From: Eledone cirrhosa
Lineage: Eukaryota
Assembly (NCBI GenBank): GCA_964016885.1
Contig: OZ024742.1
Location: 164,982,001-165,046,000, forward strand
Reading direction: 5' to 3'
DNA: 64,000 bases
Below the pieces are notes generated by a model, which saw only the letters and a program-made list of their open reading frames with translations, did not search any database and was not told the origin of the DNA. The translations under genes were made by a program, and so were the position numbers. Each line of letters opens with the position of its first letter. Position 1 is the stretch's first letter. Positions 10,401 through 24,891 of the stretch are shown piece after piece.

Positions 10401-13400
10401 TTTTTTTTACAAATTATCTCCCCCTGATTTTTTTTTACGAATTATCTCCCCCCGATTTTTTTTTACAAATTATCTCCGCCTGATTTTTTTTTAAAAATTA
10501 TCTCCCCTTGAACGGCTGGAAATTATCTCCCCTTGGACGGCTGGAAATTATCTCCCCTTGGACGGCTAGAAATTACCTCTCCTTGGACGGCTGAAAATTA
10601 TCTCCCCTTGGACGGCTGCAAATTATCTCCCCTTGATTTTTTAACAAATTATCTCCCCCTGATTTTTTTTTACAAATTATCTCCCCCTGATTTTTTTTTA
10701 CAAATTATCTCCCCCTGATTTTTTTTTACAAATTATCTCCCCCTGATTTTTTTTACAATCTCCGCCTGATTTTTTAAAAAATTATCTTCCCTTGGCTGGC
10801 GGGAAATTATCTCCCCTTGGACGGCTGGAAATTATCTCCCCTTGATTTTTTTACAAATTATCTCCCCCTGATTTTTTTTACAAATTATCTCCCCCTGATT
10901 TTATGTTACAAATTATCTCCCCCTGATTTTTTTACAAATTATCTCCCCCTGATTTTTTTTACAAATTATCTCCGCCTGATTTTTTTAAATATTATCTTCC
11001 CTTGGCTGGCGGGAAATTATCTCCCCTTGGACGGCTGGAAATTATCTCCCCTTGATTTTTTTTACAAATTATCTCCCCCTGATTTTTTTTTACAAATTAT
11101 CTCCCCCTGATTTTTTTTTACAAATTATCTCCCCCTGATTTTTTTTTACAAATTATCTCCCCCTGATTTTTTTTTACAAATCTCCCCCTGATTTTTTTAT
11201 AAATTATCTCCCCTTGGCTGGCTGGAAATTATCTCCCCTTGGAGGCTGGAATTTATCTCCCCTTGGACGGCTAGAAATTACCTCTCCTTGGATGGCTGGA
11301 AAATATGTCTCCTTGGACGGCTGGATATTATCTACCCTTGGACGGCTGGAAATTATCTCCCCTTGGACGGCTGGAAATTATCTCCCCTTGGACGGCTAGA
11401 TATTACCTCCCATTGGACGGCTGGAAATTATCTCCCCTTGATTTTTTTTACAAATTATCTCCCCCTGATTTTTTTTTACGAATTATCTCCCCCTGATTTT
11501 TTTTTACAAATTATCTCCGCCTGATTTTTTTTTAAAAATTATCTCCCCTTGAACGGCTGGAAATTATCTCCCCTTGGACGGCTGGAAATTATCTCCCCTT
11601 GGACGGCTAGAAATTACCTCTCCTTGGACTGCTGAAAATTATCTCCCCTTGGACGGCTGCAAATTATCTCCCCTTGATTTTTTTAACAAATTATCTCCCC
11701 CTGATTTTTTTTTACAAATTATCTCCCCCTGATTTTTTTTTACAAATTATCTACGCCTAATTTTTTTTACAAATTATCTCCCCCTGATTTTTTTTTACAA
11801 ATTATCTCCCCCTGATTTTTTTTACAAATTATCTCCCCCTGATTTTTTTTACAAATTATCTCCCCCTGATTTTTTTACAAATTATCTCCCCCCTGATTTT
11901 TTTTACAATCTCCGCCTGATTTTTTTAAAAATTATCTTCCCTTGGCTGGCGGGAAATTATCTCCCCTTGGACGGCTGGAAATTATATCCCCTTGGAAGGA
12001 TGGAAATTATCTCCCCTTGGACGGCTGGAAATTATCTCCCCTTGGACGGCTGGAAATTACCTCCCCTTGGACAGCTGGAAATTATCTGCCCTTGATTTTG
12101 TTTTTACAAATTATCTCCCCCTGATTTTTTTTACAAATTATCTCCACCTGATTTTTTAAAAAATTATCTCCCCTTGGACGGCTGGAAATTATCTCCCCTT
12201 GGACGGCTGGAAATTATCTCCCCTTGATTTTTTTTACAAATTATCTCCCCCTGATTTTTTTTTACAAATTATCTCCCCCTGATTTTTTTTACAAATTATC
12301 TCCCCCTGATTTTTTTTTACAAATTATTTCCCCCTGATTTTTTTACAAATTATCTCCCCCCTGATTTTTTTTACAATCTCCGCCTGATTTTTTTAAAAAT
12401 TATCTTCCCTTGGCTGGCGGGAAATTATCTCCCCTTGGACGGCTGGAAATTATATCCCCTTGGAAGGATGGAAATTATCTCCCCTTGGACGGCTGGAAAT
12501 TATCTCCCCTTGGACGGCTGGAAATTATCTCCCCTTGGACAGCTGGAAATTATCTGCCCTTGATTTTGTTTTTACAAATTATCTCCCCCTGATTTTTTTT
12601 ACAAATTATCTCCACCTGATTTTTTAAAAAATTATCTCCCCTTGGACGGCTGGAAATTATCTCCCCTTGATTTTTTTTACAAATTATCTCCCCCTGATTT
12701 TTTTTTACAAATTATCTCCCCCTGATTTTTTTTACAAATTATCTCCCCCTGATTTTTTTTTACAAATTATCTCACCCTGATTTTTTTTACAAATTATCTC
12801 TCCCTGATTTTTTTACAAATTATCTCCCCTTGGCTGGCTGGAAATTATCTCCCCTTGGAGGCTGGAATTTATCTCCCCTTGGACGGCTAGAAATTACCTC
12901 TCCTTGGACGGCTGGAAAATATGTCTCCTTGGACGGCTGGATATTATCTACCCTTGGACGGCTGGAAATTATCTCCCCTTGGACGGCTGGAAATTATCTC
13001 CTCTTGGACGGCTAGATATTACCTCCCCTTGGACGGCTGGAAATTATCTCCCCTTGATTTTTTTACAAATTATCTCCCCCTGATTTTTTTACAAATTATC
13101 TCCCCCTGATTTTTTTTACAAATTATCTCCGCCTAATTTTTTTAAATATTATCTTCCCTTGGCTGGCGGGAAATTATCTCCCCTTGGACGGCTGAAAATT
13201 ATCTCCCCTTGGACGGCTGGAAATTATCTCCCCTTGATTTTTTTTACAAATTATCTCCCCCTGATTTTTTTTTACAAATTATCTCCCCCTGATTTTTTTT
13301 ACAAATTATCTCCTGATTTTTTTACAAATTATCTCCCCTTGGCTGGCTGGAAATTATCTCCCCTTGGAGGCTGGAATTTATCTCCCCTTGGACGGCTAGA

Positions 13401-16176
13401 AATTACCTCTCCTTGGAAGGCTGGAAAATATGTCCTTGGACGGCTGGATATTATCTACCCTTGGACGGCTGGAAATTATCTCCCCTTGGACGGCTGGAAA
13501 TTATCTCCCCTTGGACGGCTAGATATTACCTCCCCTTGGACGGCTGAAAATTATCTCCCCTTGGACGGCTGGAAATTATCTCCCCTTGATTTTTTTTACA
13601 AATTATCTCCCCCTGATTATTTTTTACAAATTATCCCCTGATTTTTTTTTTACAAATTATCTCCCCCTGATTTTTTTTACAAATTATCTCCCCCTGATTT
13701 TTTTACAAATTATCTCCCCTTGGCTGGCTGGAAATTATCTCCCATTGGAGGCTGGAATTTATCTCCCCTTGGACGGTTAGAAATTACCTCCCCTTGGACG
13801 GCTGGAAAATATGTCTCCTTGGACGGCTGGAAATTATCGCCCCTTGGACGGCTGGAAATTATCTCCCCTTGGACGGCTGGAAATTATCTCTCATCGGACG
13901 GCTAGAAATTACCTCTCCTTGGACAGCTGAAAATTATCTCCCCTTGGACGGCTGGAAATTATCTCCCCTTGATTTTTTTTACAAATTATCTCCCCCTGAT
14001 TTTTTTTTACAAATTATCTCCCCCTGATTTTTTTTTACAAATTATCTCCCCCTGATTTTTTTTTACAAATTATCTCCCCCTGATATTTTTTACAAATTAT
14101 CTCCCCCTGATTTTTTTACAAATTATCTCCCCTTGGCTGGCTGGAAATTATCTCCCCTTGGAGGCTGGAATTTATCTCCCCTTGGACGGCTAGAAATTAC
14201 CTCGCCTTGGACGGCTGGAAAATATGTCTCCTTGGACGGCTGGAAATTATCTCCCCTTGGACGGCTGGAAATTATCTCCCCTTGGACAGCTGGAAATTAT
14301 CTCCCCTTGGACGGCTAGATATTACCTCCCCTTGGACGGCTGGAAATTATCTCCCCTTGATTTTTTTTACAAATTATCTCCCCCTGATTTTTTTTTACAA
14401 ATTATCTCCCCCTGATTTTTTTTTACGAATTATCTCCCCCCGATTTTTTTTTACAAATTATCTCCGCCTGATTTTTTTTTAAAAATTATCTCCACTTGAA
14501 CGGCTGGAAATTATCTCCCCTTGGACGGCTGGAAATTATCTCCCCTTGGACGGCTAGAAATTACCTCTCCTTGGACGGCTGAAAATTATCTCCCCTTGGA
14601 CGGCTGCAAATTATCTCCCCTTGATTTTTTAACAAATTATCTCCCCCTGATTTTTTTTTACAAATTATCTCCCCCTGATTTTTTTTTACAAATTATCTCC
14701 CCCTGATTTTTTTTTACAAATTATCTCCCCCTGATTTTTTTACAAATTATCTCCCCCTGATTTTTTTTACAATCTCCGCCTGATTTTTTAAAAAATTATC
14801 TTCCCTTGGCTGGCGGGAAATTATCTCCCCTTGGACGGCTGGAAATTATCTCCCCTTGGACGGCTGGAAATTATCTCCCCTTGGACAGCTGGAAATTATC
14901 TGCCCTTGATTTTGTTTTTACAAATTATCTCCCCCTGATTTTTTTTACAAATTATCTCCACCTGATTTTTTAAAAAATTATCTCCCCTTGGACGGCTGGA
15001 AATTATCTCCCCTTGATTTTTTTACAAATTATCTCCCCCTGATTTTTTTTACAAATTATCTCCCCCTGATTTTATGTTACAAATTATCTCCCCCTGATTT
15101 TTTTACAAATTATCTCCCCCTGATTTTTTTTACAAATTATCTCCGCCTGATTTTTTTAAATATTATCTTCCCTTGGCTGGCGGGAAATTATCTCCCCTTG
15201 GACGGCTGGAAATTATCTCCCCTTGATTTTTTTTACAAATTATCTCCCCCTGATTTTTTTTTACAAATTATCTCCCCCTGATTTTTTTTTACAAATTATC
15301 TCCCCCTGATTTTTTTTTACAAATTATCTCCCCCTGATTTTTTTTTACAAATCTCCCCCTGATTTTTTTATAAATTATCTCCCCTTGGCTGGCTGGAAAT
15401 TATCTCCCCTTGGAGGCTGGAATTTATCTCCCCTTGGACGGCTAGAAATTACCTCTCCTTGGATGGCTGGAAAATATGTCTCCTTGGACGGCTGGATATT
15501 ATCTACCCTTGGACGGCTGGAAATTATCTCCCCTTGGACGGCTGGAAATTATCTCCCCTTGGACGGCTAGATATTACCTCCCATTGGACGGCTGGAAATT
15601 ATCTCCCCTTGATTTTTTTTACAAATTATCTCCCCCTGATTTTTTTTTACGAATTATCTCCCCCTGATTTTTTTTTACAAATTATCTCCGCCTGATTTTT
15701 TTTTTAAAATTATCTCCCCTTGAACGGCTGGAAATTATCTCCCCTTGGACGGCTGGAAATTATCTCCCCTTGGACGGCTAGAAATTACCTCTCCTTGGAC
15801 GGCTGGAAATTATCTCCCCTTGGACGGCTGCAAATTATCTCCCCTTGATTTTTTTAACAAATTATCTCCCCCTGATTTTTTTTTACAAATTATCTCCCCC
15901 TGATTTTTTTTACAAATTATCTACGCCTAATTTTTTTTACAAATTATCTCCCCCTGATTTTTTTTTACAAATTATCTCCCCCTGATTTTTTTTACAAATT
16001 ATCTCCCCTTGGCTGGCTGGAAATTATCTCCCCTTGGAGGCTGGAATTTATCTCCCCTTGGACGGTTAGAAATTACCTCTCCTTGGACTGCTGGAAAATA
16101 TGTCTCCTTGGACGGCTGGAAATTATCTCCCCTTGGACGGCTGGAAATTATCTCCCCTTGGACGGCTGGAAATTAT
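7493..16176 (+). repeat. ~8.7 kb higher-order repeat, copy 1
   Basis: The marker CTCTCCTCGGACGACTAG followed by GATTTATTTTAC occurs at 7493 and next at 16177 (8,684 bp). Matching pseudo-ORFs start at 7574 and 16258. Confidence 0.85.
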
Positions 16177-19100
16177 CTCTCCTCGGACGACTAGAAATTA
16201 CCTCTCCTTGGACAGCTGAAAATTATCTCCCCTTGGACGGCTGGAAATTATCTCCCCTTGATTTTTTTTACAAATTATCTCCCCCTGATTTATTTTACAA
16301 ATTATCTCCCCCTGATTTTTTTTTACAAATTATCTCCCCCTGATTTTTTTTACAAATTATCTCCCCCTGATATTTTTTACAAATTATCTCCCCCTGATTT
16401 TTTTACAAATTATCTCCCCTTGGCTGGCTGGAAATTATCTACCCTTGGAGGCTGGAATTTATCTCCCCTTGGACGGCTAGAAATTACCTCGCCTTGGACG
16501 GCTGGAAAATATGTCTCCTTGGACGGCTGGAAATTATCTCCCCTTGGACGGCTGGAAATTATCTCCCCTTGGACGGCTGGAAATTATCTCCCCTTGGACG
16601 GCTAGATATTACCTCCCCTTGGACGGCTGGAAATTATCTCCCCTTGATTTTTTTTACAAATTATCTCCCCCTGATTTTTTTTTACAAATTATCTCCCCCT
16701 GATTTTTTTTTACGAAGTATCTCCCCCTGATTTTTTTTTACAAATTATCTCCGCCTGATTTTTTTTTAAAAATTATCTCCCCTTGAACGGCTGGAAATTA
16801 TCTCCCCTTGGACGGCTGGAAATTATCTCCCCTTGGACGGCTAGAAATTACCTCTCCTTGGACGGCTGAAAATTATCTCCCATTGGACGGCTGCAAATTA
16901 TCTCCCCTTGATTTTTTAACAAATTATCTCCCCCTGATTTTTTTTTACAAATTATCTCCCCCTGATTTTTTTTTACAAATTATCTACGCCTAATTTTTTT
17001 TACAAATTATCTCCCCCTGATTTTTTTTTACAAATTATTTCCCCCTGATTTTTTTACAAATTATCTGCCCCCTGATTTTTTTTACAATCTCCGCCTGATT
17101 TTTTTAAAAATTATCTTCCCTTGGCTGGCGGGAAATTATCTCCCCTTGGACGGCTGGAAATTATATCCCCTTGGAAGGATGGAAATTATCTCCCCTTGGA
17201 CGGCTGGAAATTATCTCCCCTTGGACGGCTGGAAATTATCTCCCCTTGGACAGCTGGAAATTATCTGTCCTTGATTTTGTTTTTACAAATTATCTCCCCC
17301 TGATTTTTTTTACAAATTATCTCCACCTGATTTTTTAAAAAATTATCTCCCCTTGGACGGCTGGAAATTATCTCCCCTTGATTTTTTTTACAAATTATCT
17401 CCCCCTGATTTTTTTTTACAAATTATCTCCCCCTGATTTTTTTTTACAAATTATCTCCCCCTGATTTTTTTTTACAAATTATCTCACCCTGATTTTTTTT
17501 ACAAATTATCTCTCCCTGATTTTTTTACAAATTATCTCCCCTTGGCTGGCTGGAAATTATCTCCCCTTGGAGGCTGGAATTTATCTCCCCTTGGACGGCT
17601 AGAAATTACCTCTCCTTGGACGGCTGGAAAATATGTCTCCTTGGACGGCTGGATATTATCTACCCGTGGACGGCTGGAAATTATCTCCCCTTGGACGGCT
17701 GGAAATTATCTCCTCTTGGACGGCTAGATATTACCTCCCCTTGGACGGCTGGAAATTATCTCCCCTTGATTTTTTTACAAATTATCTCCCCCTGATTTTT
17801 TTACAAATTATCTCCCCCTGATTTTTTTTACAAATTATCTCCGCCTAATTTTTTTAAATATTATCTTCCCTTGGCTGGCGGGAAATTATCTCCCCTTGGA
17901 CGGCTGAAAATTATCTCCCCTTGGACGGCTGGAAATTATCTCCCCTTGATTTTTTTTACAAATTATCTCCCCCTGATTTTTTTTTACAAATTATCTCCCC
18001 CTGATTTTTTTTACAAATTATCTCCCCCTGATTTTTTTACAAATTATCTCCCCTTGGCTGGCTGGAAATTATCTCCCCTTGGAGGCTGGAATTTATCTCC
18101 CCTTGGACGGCTAGAAATTACCTCTCCTTGGAAGGCTGGAAAATATGTCCTTGGACGGCTGGATATTATCTACCCTTGGACGGCTGGAAATTATCTCCCC
18201 TTGGACGGCTGGAAATTATCTCCCCTTGGACGGCTAGATATTACCTCCCCTTGGACGGCTGAAAATTATCTCCCCTTGGACGGCTGGAAATTATCTCCCC
18301 TTGATTTTTTTTACAAATTATCTCCCCCTGATTATTTTTTACAAATTATCCCCTGATTTTTTTTTTACAAATTATCTCCCCCTGATTTTTTTTACAAATT
18401 ATCTCCCCCTGATTTTTTTACAAATTATCTCCCCTTGGCTGGCTGGAAATTATCTCCCATTGGAGGCTGGAATTTATCTCCCCTTGGACGGTTAGAAATT
18501 ACCTCCCCTTGGACGGCTGGAAAATATGTCTCCTTGGACGGCTGGAAATTATCGCCCCTTGGATGGCTGGAAATTATCTCCCCTTGGACGGCTGGAAATT
18601 ATCTCTCATCGGACGGCTAGAAATTACCTCTCCTTGGACAGCTGAAAATTGTCTCCCCTTGGACGGCTGGAAATTATCTCCCCTTGATTTTTTTTACAAA
18701 TTATCTCCCCCTGATTTTTTTTTACAAATTATCTCCCCCTGATTTTTTTTTTACAAATTATCTCCCCCTGATTTTTTTTTACAAATTATCTCCCCCTGAT
18801 ATTTTTTACAAATTATCTCCCCCTGATTTTTTTACAAATTATCTCCCCTTGGCTGGCTGGAAATTATCTCCCCTTGGAGGCTTGAATTTATCTCCCCTTG
18901 GACGGCTAGAAATTACCTCGCCTTGGACGGCTGGAAAATATGTCTCCTTGGACGGCTGGAAATTATCTCCCCTTGATTTTTTTTACAAATTATCTCCCCC
19001 TGATTTTTTTTTACAAATTATCTCCCCCTGATTTTTTTTTACGAATTATCTCCCCCCGATTTTTTTTTACAAATTATCTCCGCCTGATTTTTTTTTAAAA

Positions 19101-22100
19101 ATTATCTCCCCTTGAACGGCTGGAAATTATCTCCCCTTGGACGGCTGGAAATTATCTCCCCTTGGACGGCTAGAAATTACCTCTCCTTGGACGGCTGAAA
19201 ATTATCTCCCCTTGGACGGCTGCAAATTATCTCCCCTTGATTTTTTAACAAATTATCTCCCCCTGATTTTTTTTTACAAATTATCTCCCCCTGATTTTTT
19301 TTTACAAATTATCTCCCCCTGATTTTTTTTTACAAATTATCTCCCCCTGATTTTTTTTACAAATTATCTCCCCCTGATTTTTTTTACAATCTCCGCCTGA
19401 TTTTTTAAAAAATTATCTTCCCTTGGCTGGCGGGAAATTATCTCCCCTTGGACGGCTGGAAATTATCTCCCCTTGGACGGCTGGAAATTATCTCCCCTTG
19501 GACAGCTGGAAATTATCTGCCCTTGATTTTGTTTTTACAAATTATCTCCCCCTGATTTTTTTTACAAATTATCTCCACCTGATTTTTTAAAAAATTATCT
19601 CCCCTTGGACGGCTGGAAATTATCTCCCCTTGATTTTTTTACAAATTATCTCCCCCTGATTTTTTTTACAAATTATCTCCCCCTGATTTTATGTTACAAA
19701 TTATCTCCCCCTGATTTATTTACAAATTATCTCCCCCTGATTTTTTTTACAAATTATCTCCGCCTGATTTTTTTAAATATTATCTTCCCTTGGCTGGCGG
19801 GAAATTATCTCCCCTTGGACGGCTGGAAATTATCTCCCCTTGATTTTTTTTACAAATTATCTCCCCCTGATTTTTTTTTACAAATTATCTCCCCCTGATT
19901 TTTTTTTACAAATTATCTCCCCCTGATTTTTTTTTACAAATTATCTCCCCCTGATTTTTTTTTACAAATCTCCCCCTGATTTTTTTATAAATTATCTCCC
20001 CTTGGCTGGCTGGAAATTATCTCCCCTTGGAGGCTGGAATTTATCTCCCCTTGGACGGCTAGAAATTACCTCTCCTTGGATGGCTGGAAAATATGTCTCC
20101 TTGGACGGCTGGATATTATCTACCCTTGGACGGCTGGAAATTATCTCCCCTTGGACGGCTGGAAATTATCTCCCCTTGGACGGCTAGATATTACCTCCCA
20201 TTGGACGGCTGGAAATTATCTCCCCTTGATTTTTTTTACAAATTATCTCCCCCTGATTTTTTTTTACGAATTATCTCCCCCTGATTTTTTTTTACAAATT
20301 ATCTCCGCCTGATTTTTTTTTTAAAATTATCTCCCCTTGAACGGCTGGAAATTATCTCCCCTTGGACGGCTGGAAATTATCTCCCCTTGGACGGCTAGAA
20401 ATTACCTCTCCTTGGACGGCTGAAAATTATCTCCCCTTGGACGGCTGCAAATTATCTCCCCTTGATTTTTTTAACAAATTATCTCCCCCTGATTTTTTTT
20501 TACAAATTATCTCCCCCTGATTTTTTTTTACAAATTATCTACGCCTAATTTTTTTTACAAATTATCTCCCCCTGATTTTTTTTTACAAATTATCTCCCCC
20601 TGATTTTTTTTACAAATTATCTCCCCCTGATTTTTTTTACAAATTATCTCCCCCTGATTTTTTTACAAATTATCTCCCCCCTGATTTTTTTTACAATCTC
20701 CGCCTGATTTTTTTAAAAATTATCTTCCCTTGGCTGGCGGGAAATTATCTCCCCTTGGACGGCTGGAAATTATATCCCCTTGGAAGGATGGAAATTATCT
20801 CCCCTTGGACGGCTGGAAATTATCTCCCCTTGGACGGCTGGAAATTACCTCCCCTTGGACAGCTGGAAATTATCTGCCCTTGATTTTGTTTTTACAAATT
20901 ATCTCCCCCTGATTTTTTTTACAAATTATCTCCACCTGATTTTTTAAAAAATTATCTCCCCTTGGACGGCTGGAAATTATCTCCCCTTGGACGGCTGGAA
21001 ATTATCTCCCCTTGATTTTTTTTACAAATTATCTCCCCCTGATTTTTTTTTACAAATTATCTCCCCCTGATTTTTTTTACAAATTATCTCCCCCTGATTT
21101 TTTTTTACAAATTATTTCCCCCTGATTTTTTTACAAATTATCTCCCCCCTGATTTTTTTTACAATCTCCGCCTGATTTTTTTAAAAATTATCTTCCCTTG
21201 GCTGGCGGGAAATTATCTCCCCTTGGACGGCTGGAAATTATATCCCCTTGGAAGGATGGAAATTATCTGCCCTTGATTTTGTTTTTACAAATTATCTCCC
21301 CCTGATTTTTTTTACAAATTATCTCCACCTGATTTTTTAAAAAATTATCTCCCCTTGGACGGCTGGAAATTATCTCCCCTTGATTTTTTTTACAAATTAT
21401 CTCCCCCTGATTTTTTTTTACAAATTATCTCCCCCTGATTTTTTTTACAAATTATCTCCCCCTGATTTTTTTTTACAAATTATCTCACCCTGATTTTTTT
21501 TACAAATTATCTCTCCCTGATTTTTTTACAAATTATCTCCCCTTGGCTGGCTGGAAATTATCTCCCCTTGGAGGCTGGAATTTATCTCCCCTTGGACGGC
21601 TAGAAATTACCTCTCCTTGGACGGCTGGAAAATATGTCTCCTTGGACGGCTGGATATTATCTACCCTTGGACGGCTGGAAATTATCTCCCCTTGGACGGC
21701 TGGAAATTATCTCCTCTTGGACGGCTAGATATTACCTCCCCTTGGACGGCTGGAAATTATCTCCCCTTGATTTTTTTACAAATTATCTCCCCCTGATTTT
21801 TTTACAAATTATCTCCCCCTGATTTTTTTTACAAATTATCTCCGCCTAATTTTTTTAAATATTATCTTCCCTTGGCTGGCGGGAAATTATCTCCCCTTGG
21901 ACGGCTGAAAATTATCTCCCCTTGGACGGCTGGAAATTATCTCCCCTTGATTTTTTTTACAAATTATCTCCCCCTGATTTTTTTTTACAAATTATCTCCC
22001 CCTGATTTTTTTTACAAATTATCTCCTCCTGATTTTTTTACAAATTATCTCCCCTTGGCTGGCTGGAAATTATCTCCCCTTGGAGGCTGGAATTTATCTC

Positions 22101-24891
22101 CCCTTGGACGGCTAGAAATTACCTCTCCTTGGAAGGCTGGAAAATATGTCCTTGGACGGCTGGATATTATCTACCCTTGGACGGCTGGAAATTATCTCCC
22201 CTTGGACGGCTGGAAATTATCTCCCCTTGGACGGCTAGATATTACCTCCCCTTGGACGGCTGAAAATTATCTCCCCTTGGACGGCTGGAAATTATCTCCC
22301 CTTGATTTTTTTTACAAATTATCTCCCCCTGATTATTTTTTACAAATTATCCCCTGATTTTTTTTTTACAAATTATCTCCCCCTGATTTTTTTTACAAAT
22401 TATCTCCCCCTGATTTTTTTACAAATTATCTCCCCTTGGCTGGCTGGAAATTATCTCCCATTGGAGGCTGGAATTTATCTCCCCTTGGACGGTTAGAAAT
22501 TACCTCCCCTTGGACGGCTGGAAAATATGTCTCCTTGGACGGCTGGAAATTATCGCCCCTTGGACGGCTGGAAATTATCTCCCCTTGGACGGCTGGAAAT
22601 TATCTCTCATCGGACGGCTAGAAATTACCTCTCCTTGGACAGCTGAAAATTATCTCCCCTTGGACGGCTGGAAATTATCTCCCCTTGATTTTTTTTACAA
22701 ATTATCTCCCCCTGATTTTTTTTTACAAATTATCTCCCCCTGATTTTTTTTTACAAATTATCTCCCCCTGATTTTTTTTTACAAATTATCTCCCCCTGAT
22801 ATTTTTTACAATTTATCTCCCCCTGATTTTTTTACAAATTATCTCCCCTTGGCTGGCTGGAAATTATCTCCCCTTGGAGGCTGGAATTTATCTCCCCTTG
22901 GACGGCTAGAAATTACCTCGCCTTGGACGGCTGGAAAATATGTCTCCTTGGACGGCTGGAAATTATCTCCCCTTGGACGGCTGGAAATTATCTCCCCTTG
23001 GACAGCTGGAAATTATCTCCCCTTGGACGGCTAGATATTACCTCCCCTTGGACGGCTGGAAATTATCTCCCCTTGATTTTTTTTACAAATTATCTCCCCC
23101 TGATTTTTTTTTACAAATTATCTCCCCCTGATTTTTTTTTACGAATTATCTCCCCCCGATTTTTTTTTACAAATTATCTCCGCCTGATTTTTTTTTAAAA
23201 ATTATCTCCCCTTGAACGGCTGGAAATTATCTCCCCTTGGACGGCTGGAAATTATCTCCCCTTGGACGGCTAGAAATTACCTCTCCTTGGACGGCTGAAA
23301 ATTATCTCCCCTTGGACGGCTGCAAATTATCTCCCCTTGATTTTTTAACAAATTATCTCCCCCTGATTTTTTTTTACAAATTATCTCCCCCTGATTTTTT
23401 TTTACAAATTATCTCCCCCTGATTTTTTTTTACAAATTATCTCCCCCTGATTTTTTTACAAATTATCTCCCCCTGATTTTTTTTACAATCTCCGCCTGAT
23501 TTTTTAAAAAATTATCTTCCCTTGGCTGGCGGGAAATTATCTCCCCTTGGACGGCTGGAAATTATCTCCCCTTGGACGGCTGGAAATTATCTCCCCTTGG
23601 ACAGCTGGAAATTATCTGCCCTTGATTTTGTTTTTACAAATTATCTCCCCCTGATTTTTTTTACAAATTATCTCCACCTGATTTTTTAAAAAATTATCTC
23701 CCCTTGGACGGCTGGAAATTATCTCCCCTTGATTTTTTTACAAATTATCTCCCCCTGATTTTTTTTACAAATTATCTCCCCCTGATTTTATGTTACAAAT
23801 TATCTCCCCCTGATTTTTTTACAAATTATCTCCCCCTGATTTTTTTTACAAATTATCTCCGCCTGATTTTTTTAAATATTATCTTCCCTTGGCTGGCGGG
23901 AAATTATCTCCCCTTGGACGGCTGGAAATTATCTCCCCTTGATTTTTTTTACAAATTATCTCCCCCTGATTTTTTTTTACAAATTATCTCCCCCTGATTT
24001 TTTTTTACAAATTATCTCCCCCTGATTTTTTTTTACAAATTATCTCCCCCTGATTTTTTTTTACAAATCTCCCCCTGATTTTTTTATAAATTATCTCCCC
24101 TTGGCTGGCTGGAAATTATCTCCCCTTGGAGGCTGGAATTTATCTCCCCTTGGACGGCTAGAAATTACCTCTCCTTGGATGGCTGGAAAATATGTCTCCT
24201 TGGACGGCTGGATATTATCTACCCTTGGACGGCTGGAAATTATCTCCCCTTGGACGGCTGGAAATTATCTCCCCTTGGACGGCTAGATATTACCTCCCAT
24301 TGGACGGCTGGAAATTATCTCCCCTTGATTTTTTTTACAAATTATCTCCCCCTGATTTTTTTTTACGAATTATCTCCCCCTGATTTTTTTTTACAAATTA
24401 TCTCCGCCTGATTTTTTTTTAAAAATTATCTCCCCTTGAACGGCTGGAAATTATCTCCCCTTGGACGGCTGGAAATTATCTCCCCTTGGACGGCTAGAAA
24501 TTACCTCTCCTTGGACGGCTGAAAATTATCTCCCCTTGGACGGCTGCAAATTATCTCCCCTTGATTTTTTTAACAAATTATCTCCCCCTGATTTTTTTTT
24601 ACAAATTATCTCCCCCTGATTTTTTTTACAAATTATCTACGCCTAATTTTTTTTACAAATTATCTCCCCCTGATTTTTTTTACAAATTATCTCCCCCTGA
24701 TTTTTTTTACAAATTATCTCCCCTTGGCTGGCTGGAAATTATCTCCCCTTGGAGGCTGGAATTTATCTCCCCTTGGACGGTTAGAAATTACCTCTCCTTG
24801 GACTGCTGGAAAATATGTCTCCTTGGACGGCTGGAAATTATCTCCCCTTGGACGGCTGGAAATTATCTCCCCTTGGACGGCTGGAAATTAT
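16177..24891 (+). repeat. ~8.7 kb higher-order repeat, copy 2
   Basis: Marker at 16177 and 24892 (8,715 bp). Pseudo-ORF pairs: 13159/21872 (8,713), 14988/23704 (8,716), 16258/24973 (8,715). Confidence 0.88.
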
